The position numbers and the translations under genes were made by a program. 64,000 nucleotides of DNA from Truepera sp. GTDB lineage: Bacteria; Deinococcota; Deinococci; Deinococcales; Trueperaceae. Below are positions 9,839 through 18,358 of the stretch, piece by piece; the first letter of the stretch is position 1, and the number at the start of each line of letters is the position of its first letter. The notes beneath the pieces are model-generated. The model was not told where the DNA came from, did not search any database, and worked only from the letters and a program-made list of their open reading frames with translations. The DNA lies in NCBI GenBank assembly GCA_965218435.1, contig CBDCKW010000009.1, positions 3,488,001-3,552,000 of the forward strand, given 5' to 3'.

Positions 9839-10642
9839 TCAGCGGTCAGCCGAGTTTTGCGCATCTGAACGTTTAGCCTTATCTGCCTGGGTCAGGTCTT
9901 CTCGGGTCAGTCCCGCCTCGAGCCGCGCACGCCCGTAGTTGCAGATAGCTAGTGCCGGACAACCGCTACAACGCGGCGCGTTAAAGGTGCAGACGCGCTG
10001 CCCGTGTAAGAGGAGCGCGATGTGAAAATTGTAAAGCAGGTGTGGGTCGTGTGGTAAGAGCGCAAAAATCGGGGCGTGCGCCGCCGTAGAGGTCTTGACT
10101 TTGGCGCTGATCAGGCCGACGCGCTGCGACACTCGGTAGACGTGCGTATCCACCGGCAAGATAGGTTTGGCAAAGCAGAAGAGTAGGACCAGCGAGGCCG
10201 TCTTGACGCCGACACCGGGCAGGTCGGTCAGCCACGCCATCCCCTCGTCGGCACTTAAGTCAGCTAAAAAACCCAGGTCGGTACTGCCGCTCCGCTCGAG
10301 AATCCGCGTGATCGTCTTTTGAATCTGCGGCGCTTTGGCGTCGGCAAAGTTTGAGGGGGCAATGGCTTTCGCCAAATCTTTGGTCGGCGCGTCCCGCACC
10401 GCTTCCCACGAGCCGAACTGGGTCCACATCCGGGTGTACGCAAGTTCTTCGTTTTTCCAGGTGGTGCGCTGCGACAAAATCGTCGAGATGAGTTCGTGCA
10501 TCGGGTCGCGCCGAGGTTTAAGCTCGCGTTCGCCGTACGTCCCCACCAAAATGCGGTAGAGCTCGAGGGCCTTGTCTTTAAGCGCCTCGTCTTTGGATAC
10601 CCCGTCTCTAAGTGCCCCGTCTTTAAGCGCCGCGTCGTCCAT
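9839..10642 (-). CDS. Endonuclease III (HhH-GPD) family DNA glycosylase
   Basis: LPGVGVKTA HhH, PVDTHV and the C-x6-C-x2-C-x5-C Fe-S motif. The N-terminus has 5-aa repeats. Confidence 0.9.
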   Translation of the reverse strand: MDDAALKDGALRDGVSKDEALKDKALELYRILVGTYGERELKPRRDPMHELISTILSQRTTWKNEELAYTRMWTQFGSWEAVRDAPTKDLAKAIAPSNFADAKAPQIQKTITRILERSGSTDLGFLADLSADEGMAWLTDLPGVGVKTASLVLLFCFAKPILPVDTHVYRVSQRVGLISAKVKTSTAAHAPIFALLPHDPHLLYNFHIALLLHGQRVCTFNAPRCSGCPALAICNYGRARLEAGLTREDLTQADKAKRSDAQNSADR

Positions 10643-11045
10643 ACTGCCCAGTCTGCGGGTTTGCCGCCCTGAGAGACAATAAGACAGCTCGCCTTTGGTG
10701 CGTTTTTGGCTCGAGACTCGGTTCTGCGTCTCACGTAGATAACTCTTCGCAAAAATCTAAACGGCGTTTTTCAGACATCTAGACGCTTTTATTTGCCTTT
10801 TCCATTATTGAGCTCTCCTTTCTATACGGAGCACGGAAGTCAATAAAAGGCAGTAATGTACTTGCTCCAACCAACCCCGTAATAATTTGCTTCAAAGCGG
10901 TTGGACTTGTCAGCCGATAGCAGCGGCGGCGATACAGGTCGGCTGAGCTTTATGCGTGTAACGGGCCGGAAGACCGCACAAGTTCTGTACTCCGATAAGC
11001 CACAAGAGAATTGTGCACTGGCACGCTCTGGGTGATCAAGGCACC

Positions 11046-11252
11046 TAGAGAGCATTTGAAAATCACATCGACCTGAAAACAGGCATCGAACACCCAGCTA
11101 AGTGCTTGGTCATAAGGTCGACCATGACTAGGTAGATGAAGGCTTCACTCGTCTCGGGCAGTACCTCGTAGTCCTTGCTCAAGCGCCGACTGTTGCCGAG
11201 TCAAGCTAGAGTATGCTTGACGACCCACCACGCTTGTACTTGGAGACCCTGC
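11046..11252 (-). mobile_element. IS5-family (IS1031-like) transposase 3' remnant with terminal inverted repeat
   Basis: Translates QGLQVQAWWVVKHTLA*LGNSRRLSKDYEVLPETSEAFIYLVMVDLMTKHLA, matching the IS5 C-terminal WVVERTFAWL...RRLSKDYE. Internal TGA at 11203-11201. End-like TAGAGAGCATTTGAAAA at 11046-11062. Confidence 0.85.
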
Positions 11253-11420
11253 ACCGCTGAGTTTCAAGACCTGACGCATCAACCACAAAACTTTCGTAAG
11301 TGCTATTGACTACGCAAATTCGGTGAAAAACGCAGTTGCGTCTTGCCTTGTAAAGAGGAGAGCGGCGGCGTAAAGTGCCGGGCCGAACATGGGGAGGGTG
11401 AAAACGGTTGTTATCGGCCC

Positions 11421-12461
11421 CTAAACCTCTAGCGGCTTAAGCCTTGCGACCAGGCCGCGCTTGTGCCGTTTGGCCAGCAGCTCGAGTTCACCCTCTATCG
11501 TCTCACTCCACATCTCCTTGGCGCTCTGGTGCTGCCAGCCCAGTTCGCGTTTGGCCTTGTCACTTATGTAGAACAGGCTGGTGGTAGCGGCCTTGACGGT
11601 TTCCCTCGACATAAACGCTGGCAGGCCTGCGCGCCGTTGGAGCGGTTCGAGCGGCGCGAACAGAGACGCCATCACAGCTGGAGGCAGATAGGCCCGCACC
11701 CGACCTCTGCCCGTCTTGACTGCCCACAGCTCTAGATGCTCGGCGAAACTCAAAGGTTCACCGCAGAGCAGATAGATTTCACCGGCCCGTCCCTTCTCGA
11801 CGGTCAGCACAACGCCCCGTACGAGGTCGTTTAGCTCAACGAGGGAGAACATCGACCGGGGCGACCAGGAGACGGGCGGCTTAAGCCGGTTGAGGTAGAG
11901 CCGCAGCGTGTACCCCCAAACCGAGTGGTCGTTAGGACCCATGACCCCGTTAGGGCAGACGACAATTAGCGGCGTCCCGTCCTGCTGGTACCTCAGCGCC
12001 AGCTCGTGAGCCTCGGTTTTGGTCTGTTCGTACCAGGTACCGCAGGGCGCGCGGCGGATGAACGTCTCGTCACGGGGTTGTCGCCCCGAGTCACCGTAAG
12101 CCGCAACGGTCGAGACATATACCGTCTTGGTCACGTTCAGTGCTCGCGCCGCACTCAGCACGTTGTCGGTGCCGTTCACGTTGACCGCTCTCATTCGTTC
12201 CCGGCCTGCTGTGTCCACACCGTATTCATAGTGCCCGGCATTGTGGATGACCAGCTCCGCACCTCTCATTGCGGTCTCTACCGAGTTGCGCGAAGTTACG
12301 TCACCTGCGACACAACGAACACCAAGTTGGGCAAGGTTAAGAGCCTCTGGGCTATCCAAACGGCGCACAAGGGCGGTGACGTGCCAGCCGCATTCAAGAA
12401 GCGCCCGAGTCAAGGGCCGACCAATGTAGCCTGTGGCCCCGGTAAGGAAGACCTTCATCAA
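11421..12461 (-). CDS. NAD-dependent epimerase/dehydratase (DFR-like extended SDR)
   Basis: TGATGYIG, HNAG and YEQTK motifs. Confidence 0.9.
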   Translation of the reverse strand: MMKVFLTGATGYIGRPLTRALLECGWHVTALVRRLDSPEALNLAQLGVRCVAGDVTSRNSVETAMRGAELVIHNAGHYEYGVDTAGRERMRAVNVNGTDNVLSAARALNVTKTVYVSTVAAYGDSGRQPRDETFIRRAPCGTWYEQTKTEAHELALRYQQDGTPLIVVCPNGVMGPNDHSVWGYTLRLYLNRLKPPVSWSPRSMFSLVELNDLVRGVVLTVEKGRAGEIYLLCGEPLSFAEHLELWAVKTGRGRVRAYLPPAVMASLFAPLEPLQRRAGLPAFMSRETVKAATTSLFYISDKAKRELGWQHQSAKEMWSETIEGELELLAKRHKRGLVARLKPLEV

Positions 12462-12846
12462 AACACCCCTTTGGTTCGGTATAGCGGATGACTATGCTGC
12501 TAACAGCCTTTGCCTAGAGATTACTGCGCGCAGCGTGTGGATGTCAAAGCTGACCTGAGCACCGTTTGATAAGGCGATTTAGCAGCTTCTTAGCACCAAG
12601 AATTGCAAACTAAGTACGTCCAAGCCAAAAGTTCAGCTTAATGGTCTGGAGCGTATCTCAAAAAGCATCGTTGGGCGGGATAGCTGCACAAAGTCAAGGG
12701 ATCGAGTTAAGACGCTATCCGAAAATCAGAAAAACCGTCCCAGACCTATCTTCTTCGCCTCGAGATTAAGCAGCTTCCTAATATGAACCGTTTATTTGAA
12801 GTAAACTCCCTCAACTCCGCGTGGCCTGCGTAACCCCTTCAGCGTG

Positions 12847-13227
12847 TTATGCCGACACAACCCGCATAACTTCGTCGAGCACCTCAGGGTTACGCATCCT
12901 CAAACGGTTGGGAAGTGATTGATGATTAACCAAACGCTCCAGAGCAAGCGCCATAATCCTGCCACCACGCGTTATCGGCAAACTGGAAAGTTGGTAAACC
13001 CGGCAGAGGCTCACGTCTACGCTGCTCGTTTCGGCTAGAAGCGTAGCCAAATGAACCTTTAAGTCCTCGCCAATTTGCAGCTGATCTCGCATAATGACAA
13101 ACAACCAAATTTCATCACTGGTTATAAGGTACCTGTTTACAGCAAGCGCAGCTTCAACTTCTGGCAACGCTTCAAGCTTTTTATGGAATCGGTCTCGCAC
13201 AGAATCTGAAATAGCTCTCTCCTCCAC
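12847..13227 (-). CDS. Stand-alone AMP-binding/acyl-CoA synthetase C-terminal-domain-like protein
   Basis: LEALPEVEAALAV...LFVIM...LPITRGGRIM...NPEVLDE resembles the Acs/AACS C-terminus. Start GTG 13227 lies just after a TATAGT -10. Confidence 0.6.
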   Translation of the reverse strand: MEERAISDSVRDRFHKKLEALPEVEAALAVNRYLITSDEIWLFVIMRDQLQIGEDLKVHLATLLAETSSVDVSLCRVYQLSSLPITRGGRIMALALERLVNHQSLPNRLRMRNPEVLDEVMRVVSA

Positions 13228-13237
13228 GGTCCGAGCA

Positions 13238-13271
13238 ACTATAAACCCTGTAGCCCGACCGCCTCCCGACC
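13238..13271 (-). promoter_or_regulatory. Direct-repeat promoter site 1: GGTCGG-gaggc-GGTCGG-N11-TATAGT
   Basis: CCGACC at 13255-60 and 13266-71 on the plus strand; -10 at 13243-13238. Confidence 0.75.
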
Positions 13272-13324
13272 AAGTCGAACAACGCATAGACAATGAGAGG
13301 AAAATTAAGGTAAAATGTGAAACT

Positions 13325-16300
13325 GTGCTAAGAACGCTTGGTGACCTGGTACTCGAGGGGACATCCCTACATCGTCCCAAACCTCTACTGCTGCTGGCCT
13401 ATCTGGTGCTCGAGGGTTCCACCCCGAGACGCAGACTGTCCGAGCTGTTTTTTGGCGACACCAAAGATCCCAACGATGGTCTCACCACCGCACTCAAATA
13501 CCTCAAGCAGCACCCGTCCACCATGCTCGAGGTGGGTCCAAACATAGTCGCAACCGGTGTCGGGTGCGATGTCACACTGGTGTTTGCCAAACTGAAACAC
13601 GGTCTCGTCGCTGAAGCCGCAAGTCTTTACCAGGGGGCTTTCCTAGCGACACTCAAGCTGAATCTAGGTGAGGAGCTGGAAGATTGGGTTTACACCCAGC
13701 AGGACCTGATAGCGCAGCGCTTCCGGCTGACATTAATGAACCACGTCGAAACGCAGACTGATCCGCGTAAGATGGTCAGCTTCGTCGAGCACATATGGCA
13801 CGTAACCAAGGAGCAGGAAATCGACACCGATACGCTGGGGCGGCTTTACCGTTTGTTGGACGCCAGTGGGAGTTCACTTACGCATGAGGTGAGCAAGCAA
13901 GCTGCCGAGTACGGTATTCCCTTGGTGCGTCATAGCAGCGCAGCACGAGAAGCGTCGCAGGGACCGCAGGGGACCGCACGAAACGTTGTCCCAGCTTATG
14001 TTCCCAGCCTAGTCCAGCAACTCGAACGTTTGCGGGAGAGCCCTGAAGGTCTGGCGTTATGCATCTGGGGAGCACCCGGTATCGGCAAGACCTGGACAGT
14101 CGAGCGGCTTAAAGACACCCTGTCGTTCCCCGTTTATAGTGTGATGGCCGCTGTTTCCCCAGCCCAGCTGCCCCGGAGCCTGCCCCGCGCCGCCGGACTA
14201 CCCGCATGGGCCAGAACAGTTCTCGGAAACCTTCAGGACGACAGGCTCACCGGAGGACAGGAGCTGGTCGACGCCGTCGCTGCGATCTTAGCCGCCCACG
14301 CACCGGTGGTGCTGCATGTCGAGGATTTTCATGAAGCCAGCGAACTGGCGCAGACGCTATGGTCGGCATTGGCCCTCTCGGTACAGAGGAGCCCCGGCGT
14401 AGGTCTGCTTGTTACGAGTCGGCAGCCGTCCCCGGCAGGCTTCACTCCCGACCCACTACCGGCGCTTACACGAGCTGAGATTGCGCGCGTGCTCGAACAC
14501 GTTACGGGCGCAGCGTTACCAGCTGAGGCTACCGACTGGATCGAGGACCGCGCTTTAGGGAACCCCTTGTTCGCTCTGGAGTTTTACCGCTACCTTCGTA
14601 AACGAGGCAACCTCTGGCACGATGGTAGCAGCTGGCGCTGGCGTGTTCCCACCAGCACCCACCTCCCCGACAAACTCGAAACGCTCGTCTCGCATATGTT
14701 CCAAGAGCTGGCACTCGAAGAAGGTGCAAACACGTTTGTGCAGTTAAAAGCCCTTCTACCTACCGGGACTTCCGAACAGCTCCTCGCTCAAATTGCCGGT
14801 TTGAGCGACAAAGAGATTCAAGGGGTCAAAAATACCTTGAAACAACAGGGGATATTAGGTGAACAAGATTTTGTTCATCCCCTCTACCGAGAGGTTCTGG
14901 TGGCTGGTCTTAACCGCCCGACGAAGCGTGAGTTAGCCCGGCGCATCGTGACCGTTCTAGAGGAGGCAAATCCCGAACAAGCAGCTCCATTCGTCGCCGA
15001 TGCAGGCTTGACGGATCAGTGCGCTGTGAAACTTTTGCTTCGCGCCGCAGATCACGCACGGTTGCGTGGCCTGACCAGGCAGGCTGGCGAGCTTTTGTCC
15101 CGAGCAGCGGGACATACCCAAGGTAGGCAGCGAAGCGAGCTGCTTTTGCAAGCTGCGAATGCCCTGCAAGACAACCAACCTGCTCAAACCCAACGACTCG
15201 CCGAGCGCGTCCTGGAAGCCGAACCTGCCAACGTCGAAGCGACGCTGCTGTTAGCACGCTGCCTCGTCGTGCAAGGGGAGGGTGAGCGTGCAGACGCAGT
15301 TATGCAAAGGCTCCCCCAGGCTGTCAGGCCCCGACAAGCGTGGCTCGAGCAGCTCATTCATCTGCGTACCGAAAGAAACGACTACGCGGGTGTTATTGAA
15401 CTGTGGCAGGGTGCCGCGGACCTTCACGGCACACTCGATCCGTCAGCTAAGCGTGACGTCGCCCTGTCGCTGGTCTATCTGGGAAAACTCGACGAGGCAG
15501 CCCGGTTGCTCACCCAAACCCTGGCCACCCCGGGCGTTCCCGACGAGGCCCACGCCGCCCTCCTGGAAGTGCGAGCGACCCTAGCGTTCTATACCGGGAA
15601 CTATGCGGAGGCGCTCGCCCTACTCGACGAGTCCGTCGCACTTCTGCGCGCCGCGCCCAAAACCTTACCCCTGCTAAATCGCCTTTTCCAGGCGCTTCGT
15701 GTTCGGGCGATGTGCTACTGGGGTCTGGGCGAAAACCGCTTGGCGATTGGTGATACCGAAGAAGCCATGAGTTTTGCAGGCGAGCTCGGTAGTGGCCGCG
15801 ACTACGCGATTGCTCAGACGTACATAGGCGTTCCCCTGACCGAGCTTGGTGCGTTCGCACGGGCTGAAGAGATGCTGCTCGAGAGCCGCGAGGTCCTGAG
15901 GCGCGCCGATGCCCGCGAGCACCTGGCTGCCTGCGAGGCGATGCTCAGCCACGTCTATATGGAGTGGCAACCACAGGACGCAGCAATAAAGGCTTTGCGG
16001 CACGCCCACACGTCAGTCGAGATCGCCAGAGAATTGCAGGCCCCCGTACTCCTAAGTCAAGCGACGTTTTACGCTTCCTGGGTAGAGACGACCTTCGGTC
16101 AGGGCGAGAAAGCCCTTGCGCTGGCGCAGGAAAGCCTCGAGCTGGCAACCAATTTGGGTCAGCAGCGAAACGTTGCCATCGGGTTGTGGGCGCGGGGCAG
16201 GGCGCTGGAAAAGCTTGGGCAGCCCGACCGAGCCCTAGCAGATTACCTGAAAGGGGAAGGGCTCTGCCGTGGGCTCCATTTCTTGACGTACGCGGCCCTG

Positions 16301-16459
16301 ATCGGTCTCGAGATCGACCGGCTTAAAGACGACGAGAACGCCGCCAGGGTGCGCCTCGAGTACCTGAGCGCACGCGGCGTACGCAGCATGATGCTGAGCG
16401 CACGCGAGCACTTCGCCGCGTTGTTTGGTGAGTTCGGGAGTCTGCGGCTGGACCCTTGA
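13325..16459 (+). CDS. AfsR/SARP-like STAND transcriptional regulator (wHTH-BTAD-NTPase-TPR)
   Basis: LRTLG...KPLLLLAYL (wHTH), LYQGAFL...EELEDW (BTAD), Walker A GAPGIGKT, Walker B VVLHVED, GNPLF and a long helical-repeat C-terminus. Start GTG 13325 follows TAAAAT. Confidence 0.85.
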   Translation: MLRTLGDLVLEGTSLHRPKPLLLLAYLVLEGSTPRRRLSELFFGDTKDPNDGLTTALKYLKQHPSTMLEVGPNIVATGVGCDVTLVFAKLKHGLVAEAASLYQGAFLATLKLNLGEELEDWVYTQQDLIAQRFRLTLMNHVETQTDPRKMVSFVEHIWHVTKEQEIDTDTLGRLYRLLDASGSSLTHEVSKQAAEYGIPLVRHSSAAREASQGPQGTARNVVPAYVPSLVQQLERLRESPEGLALCIWGAPGIGKTWTVERLKDTLSFPVYSVMAAVSPAQLPRSLPRAAGLPAWARTVLGNLQDDRLTGGQELVDAVAAILAAHAPVVLHVEDFHEASELAQTLWSALALSVQRSPGVGLLVTSRQPSPAGFTPDPLPALTRAEIARVLEHVTGAALPAEATDWIEDRALGNPLFALEFYRYLRKRGNLWHDGSSWRWRVPTSTHLPDKLETLVSHMFQELALEEGANTFVQLKALLPTGTSEQLLAQIAGLSDKEIQGVKNTLKQQGILGEQDFVHPLYREVLVAGLNRPTKRELARRIVTVLEEANPEQAAPFVADAGLTDQCAVKLLLRAADHARLRGLTRQAGELLSRAAGHTQGRQRSELLLQAANALQDNQPAQTQRLAERVLEAEPANVEATLLLARCLVVQGEGERADAVMQRLPQAVRPRQAWLEQLIHLRTERNDYAGVIELWQGAADLHGTLDPSAKRDVALSLVYLGKLDEAARLLTQTLATPGVPDEAHAALLEVRATLAFYTGNYAEALALLDESVALLRAAPKTLPLLNRLFQALRVRAMCYWGLGENRLAIGDTEEAMSFAGELGSGRDYAIAQTYIGVPLTELGAFARAEEMLLESREVLRRADAREHLAACEAMLSHVYMEWQPQDAAIKALRHAHTSVEIARELQAPVLLSQATFYASWVETTFGQGEKALALAQESLELATNLGQQRNVAIGLWARGRALEKLGQPDRALADYLKGEGLCRGLHFLTYAALIGLEIDRLKDDENAARVRLEYLSARGVRSMMLSAREHFAALFGEFGSLRLDP

Positions 16460-16580
16460 CCGGGCGTCAGCACAAACCGCAGTGAAGGTGAAAAAATCCC
16501 TGTTCACCCCTTGCCGATTTAGTCCATATACGCACGAAGTTGATCACGAGACGCGCTCTACGCCAGCCTCCACGTTGGCC

Positions 16581-16625
16581 GGTCGGAGGTCGGTCGGAGG
16601 TCGGTCGGAAGCAACCGTGTACCGT
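16581..16625 (+). promoter_or_regulatory. Direct-repeat promoter site 2: (GGTCGG-aggtc)x2-GGTCGG-N11-TACCGT
   Basis: GGTCGG at 16581, 16592 and 16603; -10 at 16620-25. Confidence 0.8.
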
Positions 16626-16701
16626 GATGGCGTAGCGGACGTGAGAAGATCCAAAGCTGTTGGAAAAGCCAAAAACGTCGCGCTGTCGAGGGGGAAAACA
16701 T

Positions 16702-17937
16702 ATGTTTCGCAAGCCCTTGTCGCACACTCTGCCACTTTCCGCTATCGTACTGTTTTCTCTGCTAGCGCCGTGTAGTCAGGCCCCGGTCAACGAAGCTTTA
16801 CCTTTAGTAACGGGCGAGCTGACGACGGCGGCAACGGTCCCCCCGCAGGGCACCCGACCAGCGCATATTCGCTGGCAGGGCGGCAGCCTGACCCTCGAGG
16901 GCTGTGCCTGGCGAGGGGTTGACCGGAAAGCCTCCGCCTTTCGTTCTCTCTATCTGGAAACGGCGCGTCCCCCTGGGCACCTGATGGTTTATGACGGTCG
17001 CCGCGACCGCTACTTCGTTTTCCCTGAGCGCGGCGGTCAGTCGTACTGGCGTAACGCTTCGAGTTCGTTATGGTTCACCTTCCGCAGGGTCGAGCCGTTC
17101 TCGCTGCCGCCCAAAAAATTTACCTACACCGCCTTTTCCGGCACGGACTACCAGCGTTCGCTGTGCCCGGGCAAGCACGTGTCGTTGCTGCTGGCTCCGC
17201 GCCCCACAAGGGAGCTGCTGACGACGGCTCGAGTCGTCCCGGCCCTCGACGCGGCTTACGAGGTCTACCACAGCTTTACCAAACGCGAGCCGCAACCTCA
17301 CCGTCTCGTTTACAACCGCCTGCCTATCGCCGAAATTCCGGACGGCGGTACCTGCGGTGCGGGGTGCGGATACCTCGGCTTTACCGGGATCGAGATCACA
17401 AGCCCGTTTGTAGACAGCCTGATCGGTGGGATCAGCGCCCGCAACGAATACGACCAGGTGGTCTTTTACGAACTGGGCCGGAACTTCTGGTTTTACGGCG
17501 AGCAGCTCGGCGCGCTCGACCCGTTCGTTACCGGCTTCGCTATCGCAGGTCGGTTTATCTCGCTGAAAGAGGCGGGCCTACAGGGCAGCCCGTTTAATGG
17601 GCTGGCGTTTGCCACCTTTCGCAAGGCTGTCACGGACGACCTGCTGGTGACGTTTTTGGCCGACGACAACCTGACCTGGCGGAACACCTTGGGCGAGGGG
17701 CGAGCGCCACCCAATCCTTACCAGCTCAGTGCCAGCGACCTGGCCGGGGCGATGTTCTGGCAGGTCTACAGAGACTACGGCCTGGCAGGGTTGACGCGTT
17801 TTTTTACCGAACTTTACGCCCGTCCCTACGCCGCTACCCCGAAGCGGGCTGTCACCAACTTCGTGGCTGCCGCGTACGCGGCGACCGGCAAAGATTACCG
17901 TTACCTCTTCAAAGACGGGAGCTTGCGCCTGCGGTAG
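16702..17937 (+). CDS. Secreted hypothetical protein with degenerate zincin-like motif (YELGRNFW)
   Basis: RBS GAGGGGG, signal/lipobox-like LLAPC, CGAGCGYLG and DQVVFYELGRNFW. Confidence 0.7.
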   Translation: MFRKPLSHTLPLSAIVLFSLLAPCSQAPVNEALPLVTGELTTAATVPPQGTRPAHIRWQGGSLTLEGCAWRGVDRKASAFRSLYLETARPPGHLMVYDGRRDRYFVFPERGGQSYWRNASSSLWFTFRRVEPFSLPPKKFTYTAFSGTDYQRSLCPGKHVSLLLAPRPTRELLTTARVVPALDAAYEVYHSFTKREPQPHRLVYNRLPIAEIPDGGTCGAGCGYLGFTGIEITSPFVDSLIGGISARNEYDQVVFYELGRNFWFYGEQLGALDPFVTGFAIAGRFISLKEAGLQGSPFNGLAFATFRKAVTDDLLVTFLADDNLTWRNTLGEGRAPPNPYQLSASDLAGAMFWQVYRDYGLAGLTRFFTELYARPYAATPKRAVTNFVAAAYAATGKDYRYLFKDGSLRLR

Positions 17938-17993
17938 CGCCTTAGCCAACTGAGCTCGAGCGCGTAACGGGGCCATAGTATGGCCCTGACGCA

Positions 17994-18027
17994 ACCTGCA
18001 CACCCCGACCACCTGTACACTCCGACC
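17994..18027. repeat. 17-bp tandem duplication carrying GGTCGG half-sites (minus strand)
   Basis: acctgcacaccccgacc / acctgtacactccgacc. Confidence 0.75.
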
Positions 18028-18101
18028 ACGAGAAGCGCGCGGCGCGCCCCCTACCCGCCTCCGTGCGACCGGAAACAGCGTGGTACCCAAGACACAGGGC
18101 C

Positions 18102-18135
18102 GGTCGGAGGTTGGTCGGGCTGCACTGTGCATACT
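18102..18135 (+). promoter_or_regulatory. Direct-repeat promoter site 3: GGTCGG-aggtt-GGTCGG-N11-CATACT
   Basis: GGTCGG at 18102 and 18113; -10-like hexamer at 18130-35. Confidence 0.75.
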
Positions 18136-18358
18136 TACGACTACGTGCTGGGAATGTTGCACAGCGCTCACGACGCGGGGTTTGGGCCGAAGATAGAACG
18201 GCCCGCCACCGTCGTGGGGTAGCCGGTCGGGGAGAAATCCCCAGCCGACGGGGTACACCGCAAGCACGCGCGAAGGGCGCAGGGAGCCGGGACGAGACTC
18301 CAAGTCTACTTGCTGATGGTCCAGCCCTGTCGTTCCAGGGTTGGAAGGGAGAGAAGAG

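Noticed and set aside
10840..11055. 71-aa ORF next to the IS end
   Set aside because: It starts inside the IS inverted repeat, has no RBS and belongs to no recognisable family.
13094..13324. 77-aa N-terminal extension of the STAND regulator
   Set aside because: It overlaps the opposite-strand gene and its promoter; the family-like sequence begins at about GTG 13325.
16581..16608. Possible CRISPR or VNTR repeat
   Set aside because: 11-bp contiguous units with no spacers and no cas genes; better explained as an operator.
18255..18330. Possible c-di-GMP-I riboswitch in the lipoprotein leader
   Set aside because: Only vague resemblance; the GGCAAA...GAAA...GACGCAAAG core is not matched.
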